The notes: a model not told the origin generated them from the letters alone. A stretch of DNA of 62,715 bases, filler included, from Stramenopiles sp. TOSAG23-2 (GCA_900128395.1; 46 parts of 46 records of this genome joined end to end with filler, not necessarily neighbours in it), one strand, 5' to 3'. Numbered from the whole stretch's first letter, positions 22,183 through 34,783 are shown. A program made the numbers and translations.

Positions 22183-22824
22183 ATGGCTGAATCTACTACT
22201 TGGGCATTCAATTTCTTAACGTTTTTAAATCATGGTGTTTTCGCTGCCTTGTTTTTATGGCGATTGGCAATATCACCAGATGGATTAACCCCAGACCCTA
22301 CTAGAGCGTTAAAAGTGGAGAGCGAAACTGTGTGTTCGATGATTGGCTGTGACCCGGTTGACGTAAACAAACGCTCTGTAGCAATCATAAAACCTTTTTT
22401 TGAAAGTAGTGGTCTAGGTGATGGTGCATTTTTTATGTTTTGGTATATGGCATTAGAAGGATGTTTGCATTTAGGAATCTGCTATGGGAGTTTTTTATTA
22501 TTATTTATAGAAAGAACACGTTATGCTGAAAAAGTTTATCATTGGGCATTGCTAGGAGAAATTATATTGATGGATATTGCATATACTGCTGGCTTCAATG
22601 GTGTAATGTATTATTGTGGATTTAATTCTGAGCAATGTGTGCCACCTAACGTATCTAGTGATGGTACTTTTATTGATGGTGCATTGTATGCATATTTCAT
22701 TTTAACAGTAACATGGTTACAAAATATCAGTGTGATTATGGATTTAGTTACATACCCAGTGGAACTAGAATGTGCTGGTAGGGCTTTACAAATGGATGCT
22801 GCTACTGAGAAAAAGGTTAATTAA
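22183..22824 (+). CDS. Multi-pass membrane protein, unknown family
   Basis: Complete 213-aa ORF with about four hydrophobic segments. Confidence 0.85.
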   Translation: MAESTTWAFNFLTFLNHGVFAALFLWRLAISPDGLTPDPTRALKVESETVCSMIGCDPVDVNKRSVAIIKPFFESSGLGDGAFFMFWYMALEGCLHLGICYGSFLLLFIERTRYAEKVYHWALLGEIILMDIAYTAGFNGVMYYCGFNSEQCVPPNVSSDGTFIDGALYAYFILTVTWLQNISVIMDLVTYPVELECAGRALQMDAATEKKVN

Positions 22825-23310
22825 ATTATATATATATATATATATATATTTAAAAAAAAAATAAAATATATACGAACTTCGTATAATACGCGTTTTCGTA
22901 ATATATTTTATTTTACCCTTCATAGATCGTATCATACGCGCATGTATTTTTCTTTTACTACGCTGACCATTATTTTTAATATATATGCTTTCCCTTCTTT
23001 TATTTTACCTGACCACATTTCTTTCAATTGTTTTTCTCGTTTTTTATTATTAATAATTACGTCTCTCAGCACAACAAGAATGCAAAGCATGTTTAGCTAA
23101 GGAACCTACAATAATATATTAGGACAAGCATCATTTTTTATACAAAAGCCAAGAAGTACGATTGGCCAAAATTACACCAATATTATAAGAGAAAATATCC
23201 TTAATTAATNNNNNNNNNNNNNNNNNNNNNNNNNNNNNNNNNNNNNNNNNNNNTTAATTAATTAANNNNNNNNNNNNNNNNNNNNNNNNNNNNNNNNNNN
23301 NNNNNNNNNA

Positions 23311-24108
23311 AAAACCAAAAATGAATGGGAACCGGGGTGTCAAAATCAATGTCCATATTTTAAATGTTCAAAAAGTTCTAAAAGAAAAGAACTAGATTTT
23401 GTGTTGACATTATTGTTAAAGGAATGGTCAAAAATTTCTGGCGCATCTGAGTTGGATATAATGACAATTAATACTTTTGGATCATTAATTGCAAGTACTT
23501 ATAGAAACAATATAGTAATGCCATGGGATACTGATTTAGATTTTTTAATTTGGGCACATGATATGATTAAAGTAGAAAATTTTATGGATGAATACAATGC
23601 TAGGAAACATAATACGTTTCGGCTGGTGATTCAGCCAGATTGGAGATGTAAACATTTGGAGATTCCTGGAGATTGGGGTGGTCGGCATTATTATGATCCA
23701 AATGGTAAAATGTCCAAGACCCCTTTTGGTAATAGTAGGCAAAACCTACTTTCTGTGCCTTTCGTTGCTCCAAACATCAGGTTAATACATAAAGATTCGA
23801 AATTTTATATGGATATGTGGGGCATGTATAGCGGCCTTGCTTCCGCTAAGGTTTCACCGATGGAAGGAGGTAAAGCAACATATCAATCTTCCAAATATGT
23901 TAATTTTATTGATAAAAATTACGGATATATAAATGTTTTGCGAAATGAAATCTTTCCTTTAAAACGATGTTTATTAAATGGTATACAAATTTGGTGTCCT
24001 AATAAGCCAAAGCCGATATTAAAAAAGGTATTTCACACCGATCCAGTCGAAAATGATCATGTTTTAAATAGGCGAAATGGATGTTGGGAACCGAGAGGAG
24101 AGAGATAG
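23311..24108 (+). CDS. LicD/fukutin-related nucleotidyltransferase-fold protein (5'-truncated)
   Basis: FGSLI...MPWDTDLDF, YMDMW, EIFPLKRC.LNG...CPNKP; frame open from contig start. Confidence 0.9.
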   Translation, partial: KTKNEWEPGCQNQCPYFKCSKSSKRKELDFVLTLLLKEWSKISGASELDIMTINTFGSLIASTYRNNIVMPWDTDLDFLIWAHDMIKVENFMDEYNARKHNTFRLVIQPDWRCKHLEIPGDWGGRHYYDPNGKMSKTPFGNSRQNLLSVPFVAPNIRLIHKDSKFYMDMWGMYSGLASAKVSPMEGGKATYQSSKYVNFIDKNYGYINVLRNEIFPLKRCLLNGIQIWCPNKPKPILKKVFHTDPVENDHVLNRRNGCWEPRGER

Positions 24109-24238
24109 TTGAAGTGGAGGATGTGGAGGATGTAGAGGTGTAGATGTGTGTATATTACATAATACTTGGTTATAACTATTCTTTTATATTTCACGTTTTA
24201 CTTTATCCTCATTCTCTCTCCTTGGCTTTTAAATTCTT

Positions 24239-24574
24239 TTAGTAATCGTCTTCTTCATCTTCTTCTGGTTCTATACGATCACCATTTTCATCATGGCGAT
24301 TTGCAATTCCACCTTTTGAACGTAAAAGTGCAATGATTTCTTGTTGAATTGGACTATCATTATCTTCATATGCATAGTCCAGGGGAGTGTATCCTGCCCA
24401 GTCCGTGGTCTTATTAATGCTATCAAGAGACATATAATTTAGCAAGACTTGAATCAAATTAGTATCCGTTCTGTTTGCTGCAAAATGTAATGCATTCGAT
24501 CCATCACTCTTTGCAATATTAGGATCAGCTTCACATTGTTCAATCAAATATTTAACTATTTGGAAATGTTCGTT
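24239..24574 (-). CDS. Ankyrin-repeat protein C-terminus
   Basis: HFQIVKYLIEQCEADPN, GSNALHFAA, GYTPLDYA, IIALLRSKGG. Confidence 0.9.
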   Translation of the reverse strand, partial: NEHFQIVKYLIEQCEADPNIAKSDGSNALHFAANRTDTNLIQVLLNYMSLDSINKTTDWAGYTPLDYAYEDNDSPIQQEIIALLRSKGGIANRHDENGDRIEPEEDEEDDY

Positions 24575-24676
24575 CGNNNNNNNNNNNNNNNNNNNNNNNN
24601 NNNNNNNNNNNNNNNNNNNNTTAATTAATTAANNNNNNNNNNNNNNNNNNNNNNNNNNNNNNNNNNNNNNNNNNNN

Positions 24677-25680
24677 AAAAGAGTTTGTTGCTGTACTGTA
24701 AGTCCCTAAATTCAATCGGTATATTATACGAAAGGTCATTGAATAATGTATAGTTCTTATCTTTATCAATTTTCCACAAAATATTTTTATTTTTACCAAC
24801 TAAGCTATTATTAGAAGATTTAACAGACTTTTCTTCCATGTTACATTTTGAATTACAAATGTTAGAAAACTTTTGTTTTTTCTCTGGAAATTCATTATAT
24901 ACGCATACAGGAATATCATCACCAAAAAGACGCGGCCAATGCTGGCATTTATCTATTTTTTTTCGAACTTGACGAAACAATATATCCCCAACAACAATAG
25001 AATCTCCCAGGGTTTGATGGCATTTATTTTTACAAGTGCAATTGAATCTGTCCTCATTTTTTGGTTTGTCTGGAAATAAATAACCGAACATCGGTCCTTT
25101 CACCCAATCCCAGAAATCATTTTCTGTCGCAATATCGTAGTAATTTAGTGGCAATTCCTCAGATAGTTCTTCACGAACAAGGTGCTCATGAGAGTCCACA
25201 GTTAAATCAAATGTATCATAACTTTGAGCTTTGTCGATGTTGTTCAATGATACCATTCCCATTAAGAATAACAATAAAAATAGAAATGTGCAAAATATGA
25301 ATTTTCTCCCTTTTTGCCAGTTGGTGAGTTCTAGTTGTATACGGTATTTTGTATATCCAGTTGATTTTTGTAATTCGTCTAAGATATTTTTCCATCCCTC
25401 TACAGTCCATCTCATATCTTCATTTTCTATAACAATTTGGTCATATTCTTGGTCTTCTTGTTCCCTATTTTGTTCCAGTTCTTCATTTAAATAAAACAGT
25501 GCCAGATCATATGGGGATATCGGATGAGTATCGGTGTACCACCACCGTGGTATACATCTTTTGAAACACCAATGACCGCTATCACTTGTAGGAAAATATA
25601 AGCTTGGTTCAACGGAACTAGTACCGCTTCCATCATTTATTAAAATCTTTACTATTTCTACGCTTCCCATCGGACTGGCA
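24677..25680 (-). CDS. Polycystin-2 (TRPP)-like channel fragment preceded by ankyrin-like repeat
   Basis: GSVEIVKILI (ankyrin), TM FIFCTFLFLLLFLMGMV, then polycystin-domain-like YYDIATENDFWDWVKGPM...VVGDILFRQVR...C. Confidence 0.82.
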
Positions 25681-25943
25681 ATTATCCTTTGCATCTAGCT
25701 TGTCAAGAGACTAATTCAAAAACGCACCTTGAGCATATACTTCGAATGATTGATGTGGCAAGTTCTGTCGGAGAGTCTCAAAACGAACATGGGGAATTAC
25801 CTTTGCATGTAGCAACAAAAAAAGTTGCTAGCTTTTTTGTTATAGAAGCATTATTAAATGTATATTCTGCAAATAAAGTTATGAAAAGAGATAACGACAA
25901 AAAATATCCTGACGTATCTATATACTTTCTGCATCATGGCTTT
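25677..25943 (+). CDS. Ankyrin-repeat fragment
   Basis: GNYPLHLACQ, HGELPLHVA, VIEALL; no ATG before the first repeat. Confidence 0.8.
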
Positions 25944-26235
25944 NNNNNNNNNNNNNNNNNNNNNNNNNNNNNNNNNNNNNNNNNNNNTTAATTAATTAAN
26001 NNNNNNNNNNNNNNNNNNNNNNNNNNNNNNNNNNNNNNNNNNNAAAGTATTCATTGCACTCGCCAAAAATATAAAATTTGGTACTTTTAAGTATATATTA
26101 TTTGTATACTAAATGGATATAAAATGCAGATTCTCCCATTTTGGGTTTTATATCAAATACAAAAACCAATTTATCCGCAAAAAAAAAATTCAAATGGTCG
26201 ATTTAAGTGCAAATAAGAATACTAAATTTTCATAG

Positions 26236-26577
26236 TTGCCAAGTCCACAAACTACTACAAACAATCCAGCGATTGAAACCACTGTTGCTCCACCATTATC
26301 ATCTAATGGAAATAATGGAAGTAATAGTAATACAGCTGATTCAATTTATAGTTTACAAATAGTTTTAACATTTTTGTTGATATTGACATTGTTTGTTCTG
26401 GTGTTGTTGGTTTACATGAATCGAACCATGTATCATAAGTTAGTACGCCTACAAGGACATGAGTTAGATGATATCTATCTACGCGTAGTTCTTCTAATAC
26501 ATCGTTATACATCCCGTAAGTCCTCCCTCGTCCGCGTAGTTTTAAGTGTTTACAATAGTAAAAGTGATACATCGTAG
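26236..26577 (+). CDS. Possible fragment of single-pass membrane protein
   Basis: Pro/Thr/Asn stalk then IVLTFLLILTLFVLVLLVYM; start unclear, 3' part may be non-coding. Confidence 0.4.
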   Translation: MPSPQTTTNNPAIETTVAPPLSSNGNNGSNSNTADSIYSLQIVLTFLLILTLFVLVLLVYMNRTMYHKLVRLQGHELDDIYLRVVLLIHRYTSRKSSLVRVVLSVYNSKSDTS

Positions 26578-26916
26578 TTTGAGATAAAGGCGTGTTTTAA
26601 GTTAATTTTAAGAGATATAGTAGTTAAATTACACGTTAGTAGTAGTCTATCCGATAAATATTTATTAGAAGTGTATATCTATCGTAATCCTCTCACACCG
26701 TTAAATATAGTATATTTTATATCTATATTTGTGTGGTGGATGTATTATTATACCCAGCCTAAAATTATTATAATTAATGGGAAGACAATAATATTATACT
26801 TACTATGGTATTGGCCAGGTTCAGAAACGCATTAAAAAAATTATCACAAAAAGCAAAAGCAAAAGCAATGAACGTGCTTAGACACTTTAACTTTGCTCGT
26901 TGTTTAATCTTCTCGC

Positions 26917-26981
26917 ACGTCGGTTCTTATCCCCTCAAAAGATAGCCCAGACGTCGGTTCTTATCCCCTCAAAAGATAGCC
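26917..26981. repeat. Direct repeat, 2 x 31 bp (period 34)
   Basis: ACGTCGGTTCTTATCCCCTCAAAAGATAGCC at 26917 and 26951. Confidence 0.95.
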
Positions 26982-27472
26982 TTCTGGGAAAATCCATGAT
27001 GACACACCTGCTATCCCTATGCTAGTAAAATTAATTGGTATAGTCAAGTACAGTTCGTGCCATTATTCCCCATATCATTTTGTGGAGTACTATACATATG
27101 CTGTGTCGATGTTAATTTTTATAACTACTCACTATTGATTTTGATCAAAAAAAGGTAGAAATCTATTACGTATTTGATAGGATTAGGTTTTGTAGTGTCG
27201 GTAATTTAAGTATAAAATAATACACACATGTCACACACATCATCCTCTAAAAAACGCCAAATTCAAATTTAAACAAAAATAATCACCAATATGATTACTT
27301 TAGATATCTTNNNNNNNNNNNNNNNNNNNNNNNNNNNNNNNNNNNNNNNNNNNNTTAATTAATTAANNNNNNNNNNNNNNNNNNNNNNNNNNNNNNNNNN
27401 NNNNNNNNNNTGTGAAATCATCCATATCCTCCTCATCCATATTCTCAGCCATATTGTTTTTCAAAAGATGCC

Positions 27473-28677
27473 ATGAAATCATTTTATTTGTTAAACAATG
27501 GCAAATTTCAAGAAGCTACTTTAAACCAATTTAGAGCTGGTTTACAAATTGGAATGTTTGTTGATGTTTATGATACAGAAAGTAGCATGTGGCGCCTTGG
27601 AACAGTTAAATTGCTTAACGGCCCGGAACAACAAAAAGTCATAGCCTTGTATGGATTTACTGATAGATTTGATATTTCATTGAACAGAGAAGAAGCAAAA
27701 CGTCGTTTATATCCATATCGATGGCATACTAAAAATTTATACTATCCAAAGACGAAGATTTTGAATCCGTTTGTACGTTACACCACAAGCAATACAAGAA
27801 AACGTACATGTTGTAATTGAGGAGTATTATCGTGTAACGGGAGCAATTTATAAAATGAATATGGATTACCAGCACTTCAAAAAGCATTCCCTATACATAC
27901 CAGGACATGAAATGGTGATTATTCCAGTAGCCAAAGTAAAAGAAGAGACAGGAAGTTCATCACGTACCAACTTAGTCGAGCTTCGACACCCTCGAGGCAA
28001 TGAAGTACGAGTTGTAGAAGTTGGGGGTGCAGATGATGTATCCTCCCAAACAGAAATGCCTAAAAATAATAATGTTGAAACAAGTCACGATATTATTAGA
28101 AGGCGAAGCAATGAAATGTCATTGAAAGAAATAAATTATGGCAGTGAAGTTTCAGTGAAGACGTTGCTCTCCAAGGATCAAGATTTTGTTCCAATAGAAA
28201 ACTCTAATGCTACAATAACTTTACTGAGCAGTGTTGTAATCAATACTACAGAAATTAAAAAGCATAAAATGTATTGGTCAAATCGTTTACGATTCTTATT
28301 TCAACGTTTTAGAATCGTTGTGTGTAAAATTATTGTATTACGACGTATGTTTCATTTGTTTGGGGAAGTAAGGTTTCGCCGAAATAATACAGAAGGTATT
28401 GCTAATGTTGCAATAAATGGGTATGATATGAATGACCCTAATGGCATCAATGGATTAGCCACAGGAGCATTGCAGCAACTTCGTGGAGATTTTACTCGTA
28501 TGGAAGATTGGCGATACTATGAGGTGGTGAGGAGGTATCCTGGTCTACTTGAAGAAATGTTTCATAATTACCGAAGGATCGGGTGGGATGGTGATGATAT
28601 GCGTGCTATGATGATGCTGGGGCGGGGCAACAACAATGATAATAATAACAATAATAATAATAATAATAATAACGATC
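27473..28677 (+). CDS. Tudor/Agenet/MBT-like domain protein with apparent +1 frameshift near 27771-27820 (3'-truncated)
   Basis: LQIGMFVDVYD...WRLGTV...YGFTDRFD...RLYPYRWHT resembles the Royal-family barrels at 53497-54405; continues in overlapping ORF from 27771; poly-Asn at end. Confidence 0.65.
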
Positions 28678-29128
28678 NNNNNNNNNNNNNNNNNNNNNNN
28701 NNNNNNNNNNNNNNNNNNNNNTTAATTAATTAANNNNNNNNNNNNNNNNNNNNNNNNNNNNNNNNNNNNNNNNNNNNGGAATGAATAAAAAATTAAAATA
28801 CGCGTACATTTATATTATATATTACGGAAGAGTATAAAATATACGACGCGTATATATATAATACGAACTCGTATATATAAAAAAGAGAGAGAAATATTTT
28901 ATTTTTTGCTTGAATTTGAATAAAATTTACGAGTATGTATTATATTAATATTAATAGAGTATAAAAATGAACTGATGTTTAAAAAAATCTAGTAAAGTTT
29001 AAATAAAAAGTAAGTACGAATTCGTATAATAATAATTTTACATCCCCATGGCCTCTAAATACACATTATATCCACATTATATAAATAAATTAATAAAAAA
29101 TAAATAGTACGGTCGCTCCCCAACAAAA

Positions 29129-29525
29129 CTACCCTGACGATAACATTTGCTTCTCCTGTTCGGACATATGTTGACCTGGATGTTGCAATGCATTTTTTGC
29201 TTGTTCTACAGGATGCCCTGGTTTGTTTCTATTATCTATACATTGTTGATATGGATCACCAGCTTTTTCCATTTCCGGTGTAACATTTGGCAATTGGCAT
29301 TCTTGCGGTTTGTATTCACATGTACTCGATAGCTTCAACCAATCTTTCTCTGTATATGGGCAACTACACATGCAACGACATTGATCAGTTGCAGATGCAC
29401 CAGTTGGATTTGTTTTTAATGATTCTTCCGATGGAGATACTGGTTCAGAGCATTGTACCATTGCTTGTGCAAATTTTGAATTTGCAAAACGATACCATGC
29501 TTGTAAACATTTCGATCTCGTTAAT
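29129..29525 (-). CDS. C-terminal part of Cys-rich hypothetical protein
   Basis: KCLQAWY...QCRCMCSCPY...CEYKPQEC...QQC; 5' end unresolved. Confidence 0.6.
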
Positions 29526-29591
29526 ATTATAATATACTGTATTTGATATGTAAAACAATACGTTACTGATAATGAAATGCTTGTAAACAAG

Positions 29592-29841
29592 TCAATCTCG
29601 TAATAAAACCCTCGTCATAAAGATTAAGAAGTGGTTTCCTGACATTGATAAGATAGACTCGTTGACGATTGACCTGATACAAAAATTCTAACGATTTTTA
29701 TGTAAGTTGGAGGCGGTGTGTACTCTTCGATTTCGTTACGAAATACTGTAAATACTGATCAATCTCGTAACAAAACCCTCGTCATTGATGAATAGGTGGT
29801 TTCCTTTCGGTGATAAGATGCAGACTCATTGAAGATTGACC
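29592..29841. repeat. Diverged direct repeat, 2 x ~83 bp (period ~167)
   Basis: TCAATCTCGTAA.AAAACCCTCGTCAT...GTGGTTTCCT...TGATAAGAT...AGACTC.TTGA.GATTGACC at 29592 and 29759. Confidence 0.9.
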
Positions 29842-30144
29842 CACTCCAGCTTATTGACTATTTGACGACTATGATTGCCTCTTTCTGCTAATGAATATGA
29901 TATTGACAATTGACATATATATTGACAGTTTAATTTGTGACCGCTTTTTTTTTTTATAGTAGCAAATCACAGCCGTAAAGTAGACTATTAATATTATAGC
30001 TATTATACTTGCTAGTAATATATATCCCGCGAAAGATGGATGTANNNNNNNNNNNNNNNNNNNNNNNNNNNNNNNNNNNNNNNNNNNNTTAATTAATTAA
30101 NNNNNNNNNNNNNNNNNNNNNNNNNNNNNNNNNNNNNNNNNNNN

Positions 30145-31252
30145 TATTAGTATTATATTTTTGTTGAGATGCTCTTTCACAGGCATCCTCAATTGCTTTT
30201 CTCCATTTTTTTTCTTCCTTGTGTTTTAATCCAGCATCTGGGTATAAATAATACGTACGTTTCTCTCTATCTTTCAATGAAGATGCTACAATTTGAAATG
30301 TATTTGGATGCTTTTCCCTCATTTCACGCGAAGCTGGTACAACTTTCATGCCTTTCAACCAAATTGTACCAAGTGGACGAACACTTTCTGGTGCTTTGAA
30401 ATAGTAAATTACATCACTTTTAATAAGAAACCATCTACGTATCCAATTCGTTCGTTTCTCACCTTTTTTATATAGAAATCCTTGTTTATATATACCTAAT
30501 TGATGTTGAGCTTGAATTTTTACCGATGTATCATTGCCATTTATTGATGGATTAAACATATTATCTTCGTTCACAATAAAATTCTTAAAATCCTTAACAA
30601 ATTTGTTTAATTTATTCGTAACCCCAAAAAGTAACCGTGTTCGTTTGATGGATTCGCGACGTGCCGTGCCACGTGATTTATTGGATCCTCCACCACTATC
30701 CAAAACTTTATTTTTCTCACGTTCGAATTCTTTTTCCATAATTTCAGCAGTTGAGTTTCTATGCGCAAGTTTTTTTTTCTTTCTATGTTCCGTATACAAA
30801 CCAAATATACGCCTGGCAAGCAATCCAGAAACAACATCAAATGGTTCATCATAGATATAAGTTGGAATGGCGATTTTACCGCCTCTATATTCCCATACTT
30901 CACGTGCAATATTTTCTATTAGTTCATCGGATATAGAAATATCATAAAAAGGTCGTTTTCGATTATTATATCTACCGCTTGAAAAATAACTTTGCAACAA
31001 TTTTCTACATTTTTGATGTCGCTCAGCATCATCTTCTTCGTTTCTAAAATGTATCACTTCACATAAAAAATTAAAATCGTGTTTGTAATGTGGATAGTTA
31101 TTTTTTAAATATTTTTTCATACTATTATGATTTTCTACATGTTCTAAAAAAGTTAAAAATCTATCTTCTAAGTCAGCAGTTTCCAACGTGGATAACGATG
31201 GTGTCCTAACTCGAAACAAGGAGGAACCACGACGGTATGGTTTGCTATTCAT
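30145..31252 (-). CDS. RGS domain + PH domain protein (3'-truncated)
   Basis: RGS-like FNFLCEVIHFR...LLQSYF...ISISDEL...IYDEP; PH KQGFLYKKGEKRTNWIRRWF...PLGTIWL...KWRKAI. Confidence 0.87.
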
Positions 31253-31270
31253 ATTCTGTTATGCGATTAA

Positions 31271-31305
<35 letters not shown>

Positions 31306-31649
31306 ATGAGAAAAAGAGAAAGAAAGAGATATAGAGAGAGATACGCTTCCTAATTCTTTGTATGATATTATCCTATTTCTCTACATGTACGACAAACAAC
31401 GACGGCAACTNNNNNNNNNNNNNNNNNNNNNNNNNNNNNNNNNNNNNNNNNNNNTTAATTAATTAANNNNNNNNNNNNNNNNNNNNNNNNNNNNNNNNNN
31501 NNNNNNNNNNCGCAATAAGCGTATAAAAAATACACGAGTATGCATTATATATAATATATACATGTGTGTGTATAAAAATATATACGTATTTTATAAATTA
31601 TATATATACACACATAGTAACAATTTTCTTTTCCTTTTTTCCTTTCATA

Positions 31650-32403
31650 TCATATATCATCAATGATTTTTTCCGCACTAATATATGCAATAATCTTATT
31701 ATTTGTATTATCATCCTTTTCATCATTAACATGGCTTCCATCATCATTTTTTTTACGAGTATCTGTATAGATGTAATAATACTGTACAATCGACGCTGTC
31801 AATATTATCACAGCAACTAAAATCCAAAACAAAGCCCCTAATCCAATAGTTTTTCCAATAGTAGGATGTGTATTCCAAGGTACTATTAAAGTCCACATAA
31901 TTGTGATATTAAATACGCAATATAACAATATTTTCATGTATGACCACGAGGCAATAAATCTACTATTAGAATTAAATAATTTCATTGACAATATTTGTCC
32001 TTCTTTTTTGGTTAGTATTATAAATTTGAAAAATCCAAGAATACAATTGGACACAATCCAATAACCAAGCGGAAAAGAGAAAAGCTAATCCAATATAATG
32101 TAATATGTAAATGATAATATAATCAGCATTTTGTGAATTCCATAAACATAGACGACTCATTTCTTCACCATCAGGACATTTTACATATCTACCAGAATTA
32201 CGACACCAACTACCGAGAGATAATAATCCAGCTGAGCCAAGATACAATAAAAACATAATGATGCTAAAATATCGTTCTTTATTTTTAGTTATAGCTATTA
32301 AAACAATCCAATGAATACCAAAAATCCAACCTAAAGTAATCCACATAATATATGCTATAAATATAATTACATATGTATTTAACACATTTTTTTTCTCCAT
32401 CAT
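31650..32403 (-). CDS. TM2-like multi-pass membrane protein split by apparent +1 frameshift
   Basis: AYIMWITLGWIFGIHW and AWLLD resemble TM2 domain; overlapping ORF 31650-32054 adds two TM segments. Confidence 0.65.
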
Positions 32404-32574
32404 TATTTTCTATTTAAATATACAAACAAACACACACATATATATATATATATATATTACTCTTCGTNNNNNNNNNNNNNNNNNNNNNNNNNNNNNNNNN
32501 NNNNNNNNNNNNNNNNNNNNNNNNNNNNNNNNNNNNNNNNNNNNNNNNNNNNNNNNNNTACATATAATATATGT

Positions 32575-32691
32575 AAATGTACGCGTATTTTAATTTTTTA
32601 TTTCTACGTCGTGATAATCCCTACTATCCAAAGAGTAATTTATCCAAGAAGCCAATATTAATAATATCTATCTCACTGAAATGTGTCAATA
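32575..32691. repeat. Dispersed repeat family copy
   Basis: AAATGTACGCGTATTTTAATTTTT ... CTATCTCAC..AAATGTGTCAATA shared with 33189-33344. Confidence 0.8.
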
Positions 32692-33188
32692 TATATACAT
32701 ACATAAATAATTTCAAACTAATACTTATACATACATGCATATACACACACATGCATGCATATAATAATAAATAATANNNNNNNNNNNNNNNNNNNNNNNN
32801 NNNNNNNNNNNNNNNNNNNNTTAATTAATTAANNNNNNNNNNNNNNNNNNNNNNNNNNNNNNNNNNNNNNNNNNNNATTATCATATTTTTTGCATGATGA
32901 TTTTGGAGTTATCAAATAGCTGGATAGGATATAGCACCTGCTGATGTGTGTACGTTCTATATAAAGAAGTTGTGACATTTGACGTTGTACCAAACATGCT
33001 CTTAATAGGCTTAAAGAAAGCATCTGCACAGTCCACCATTATTTAATATTTCATGTGTAGGATAATTATAAATATGCAAGATATTAGATTTTGTACATGT
33101 ACACCCAGTTATTTTTAAATCTGGTTAAAAAATCTAAAGTTAATAAATAATTTTTTACTTCTCGTGGTAAAGTTATTTTTATATTTTT

Positions 33189-33344
33189 AAATGTACGCGT
33201 ATTTTAATTTTTAATTCTCTCTATATATTCCTATATACCCATGACAATTCCTATTCTCAAAAGAATACAGTGACTTAGCCAAATATTAAAAATAATCTAT
33301 TTTAACCATCGATTAAATAAGCTATCTCACAAAATGTGTCAATA
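33189..33344. repeat. Dispersed repeat family copy
   Basis: Has ATGTACGCGTATTTTAATTTTT, CATGACAATTCCTA, TCAAAAGAATACA, AATAATCTA, CTATCTCACAAAATGTGTCAATA blocks. Confidence 0.8.
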
Positions 33345-33530
33345 ATTCCTGTGGTAATCTTTTTTTGTTGTCCATTGGTGACTGTTGTGTCTACGTGATA
33401 ATGTACTTCGCCAGGTGTTTCTGCGGTTAGTTATTTATAGTAATCACTTGCAGTACAATCAATAGTCACTGAAGCANNNNNNNNNNNNNNNNNNNNNNNN
33501 NNNNNNNNNNNNNNNNNNNNNNNNNNNNNN

Positions 33531-34134
33531 AAGCATGAGTAGATCGTTCACAGGCGATATAAAACAAATTATCTTTATCTATCCGATAAATTTGCTCAGT
33601 TTCATTTCTACATTCTAAATCATTATTTATCCCTGCCCTATGGCCTGCTTTTGTGATATTTGCATTTAATTCATCTGCCGAATATGTTTTTCCAGGCAGC
33701 ATTAAACTATCTAGTTGAAAATATTGCGAAGGTATCTCACCGGAAACACTTGTCAATCTTAAATCTAAACATTTTAAAAATGGTAAAGTTATATCTGGCA
33801 GCGAGCCGTAAATTCCTACATTATCAAATAAGTACATATAACGTAAAGCTTTCAAAGGTGTTAGTATTGTTTCAATTTTACCTTCTAGTTTATTCTTTGC
33901 TAAATTTAAATATGTTAATTTTGTACAGCTTTTCCAAGCTCTTACCGATCCATGAAGACTTGCGTCTGTTACAGTTAATTTTGTTAAATTGCATAATGTT
34001 CCTGAATGTTCACCAAAATCGCTTTCCATGGGAAGACTAACATTTAAACCGGTATTGTATACTCTACCAGTTATTACAGTCAGAACTTGTGTCGATGCCA
34101 TAAAAAATCCAAAAAGAGATAAAATGTAAAACAT
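33531..34134 (-). CDS. Leucine-rich-repeat protein, plant-type LRRs (interrupted by scaffold gap)
   Basis: LTYLNLAKNKLEGKI, LRYMYLFDNVGIYGSLP, LKCLDLRLTSVSGEIP. Confidence 0.88.
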
Positions 34135-34783
34135 AAATGCCNNNNNNNNNNNNNNNNNNNNNNNNNNNNNNNNNNNNNNNNNNNNTTAATTAATTAANNN
34201 NNNNNNNNNNNNNNNNNNNNNNNNNNNNNNNNNNNNNNNNNGCCTGCTAAATATACTAAAATACTTAACTCCTAAAACATGAAAGCCGTAGACTCTTTTG
34301 ATAGGTCTCAACAGTACTTAACCATCCCAACACGGCTAAGAACTCCCAGGCGAATAGCACTAATTCCAACAACTTCAAACAGACGTTCAAAAAGTCCGCA
34401 GCAGGTGTACAATACGGATATTTATAGATATAAGATGCCTTTATTAGATTTATGGATGATGGCACTAATTTAAACCGTTAATCATTATGGAATACAAAAA
34501 TAATAATATATTTCATGGATAAAAATAATTTATGGTACTTTTACACCCTCTATTTTGCATAACGCTATTGCAATGTAAAAAAACTTGAAAACAAGAAAAA
34601 AGGACATAGACGAGCAAACAGGTGTACCAATGCTGTGTATATACTTCCTGACAATTCCACAATGCTGTGTTTATGTATCCTTACAATTCTCTTACAATTC
34701 TATCACAAAATATTATTCTTCAAATGTGGTGTTCAAGTACGAATGTACATAGGTTATTTTATTACCATTAGTATACTCCACGC

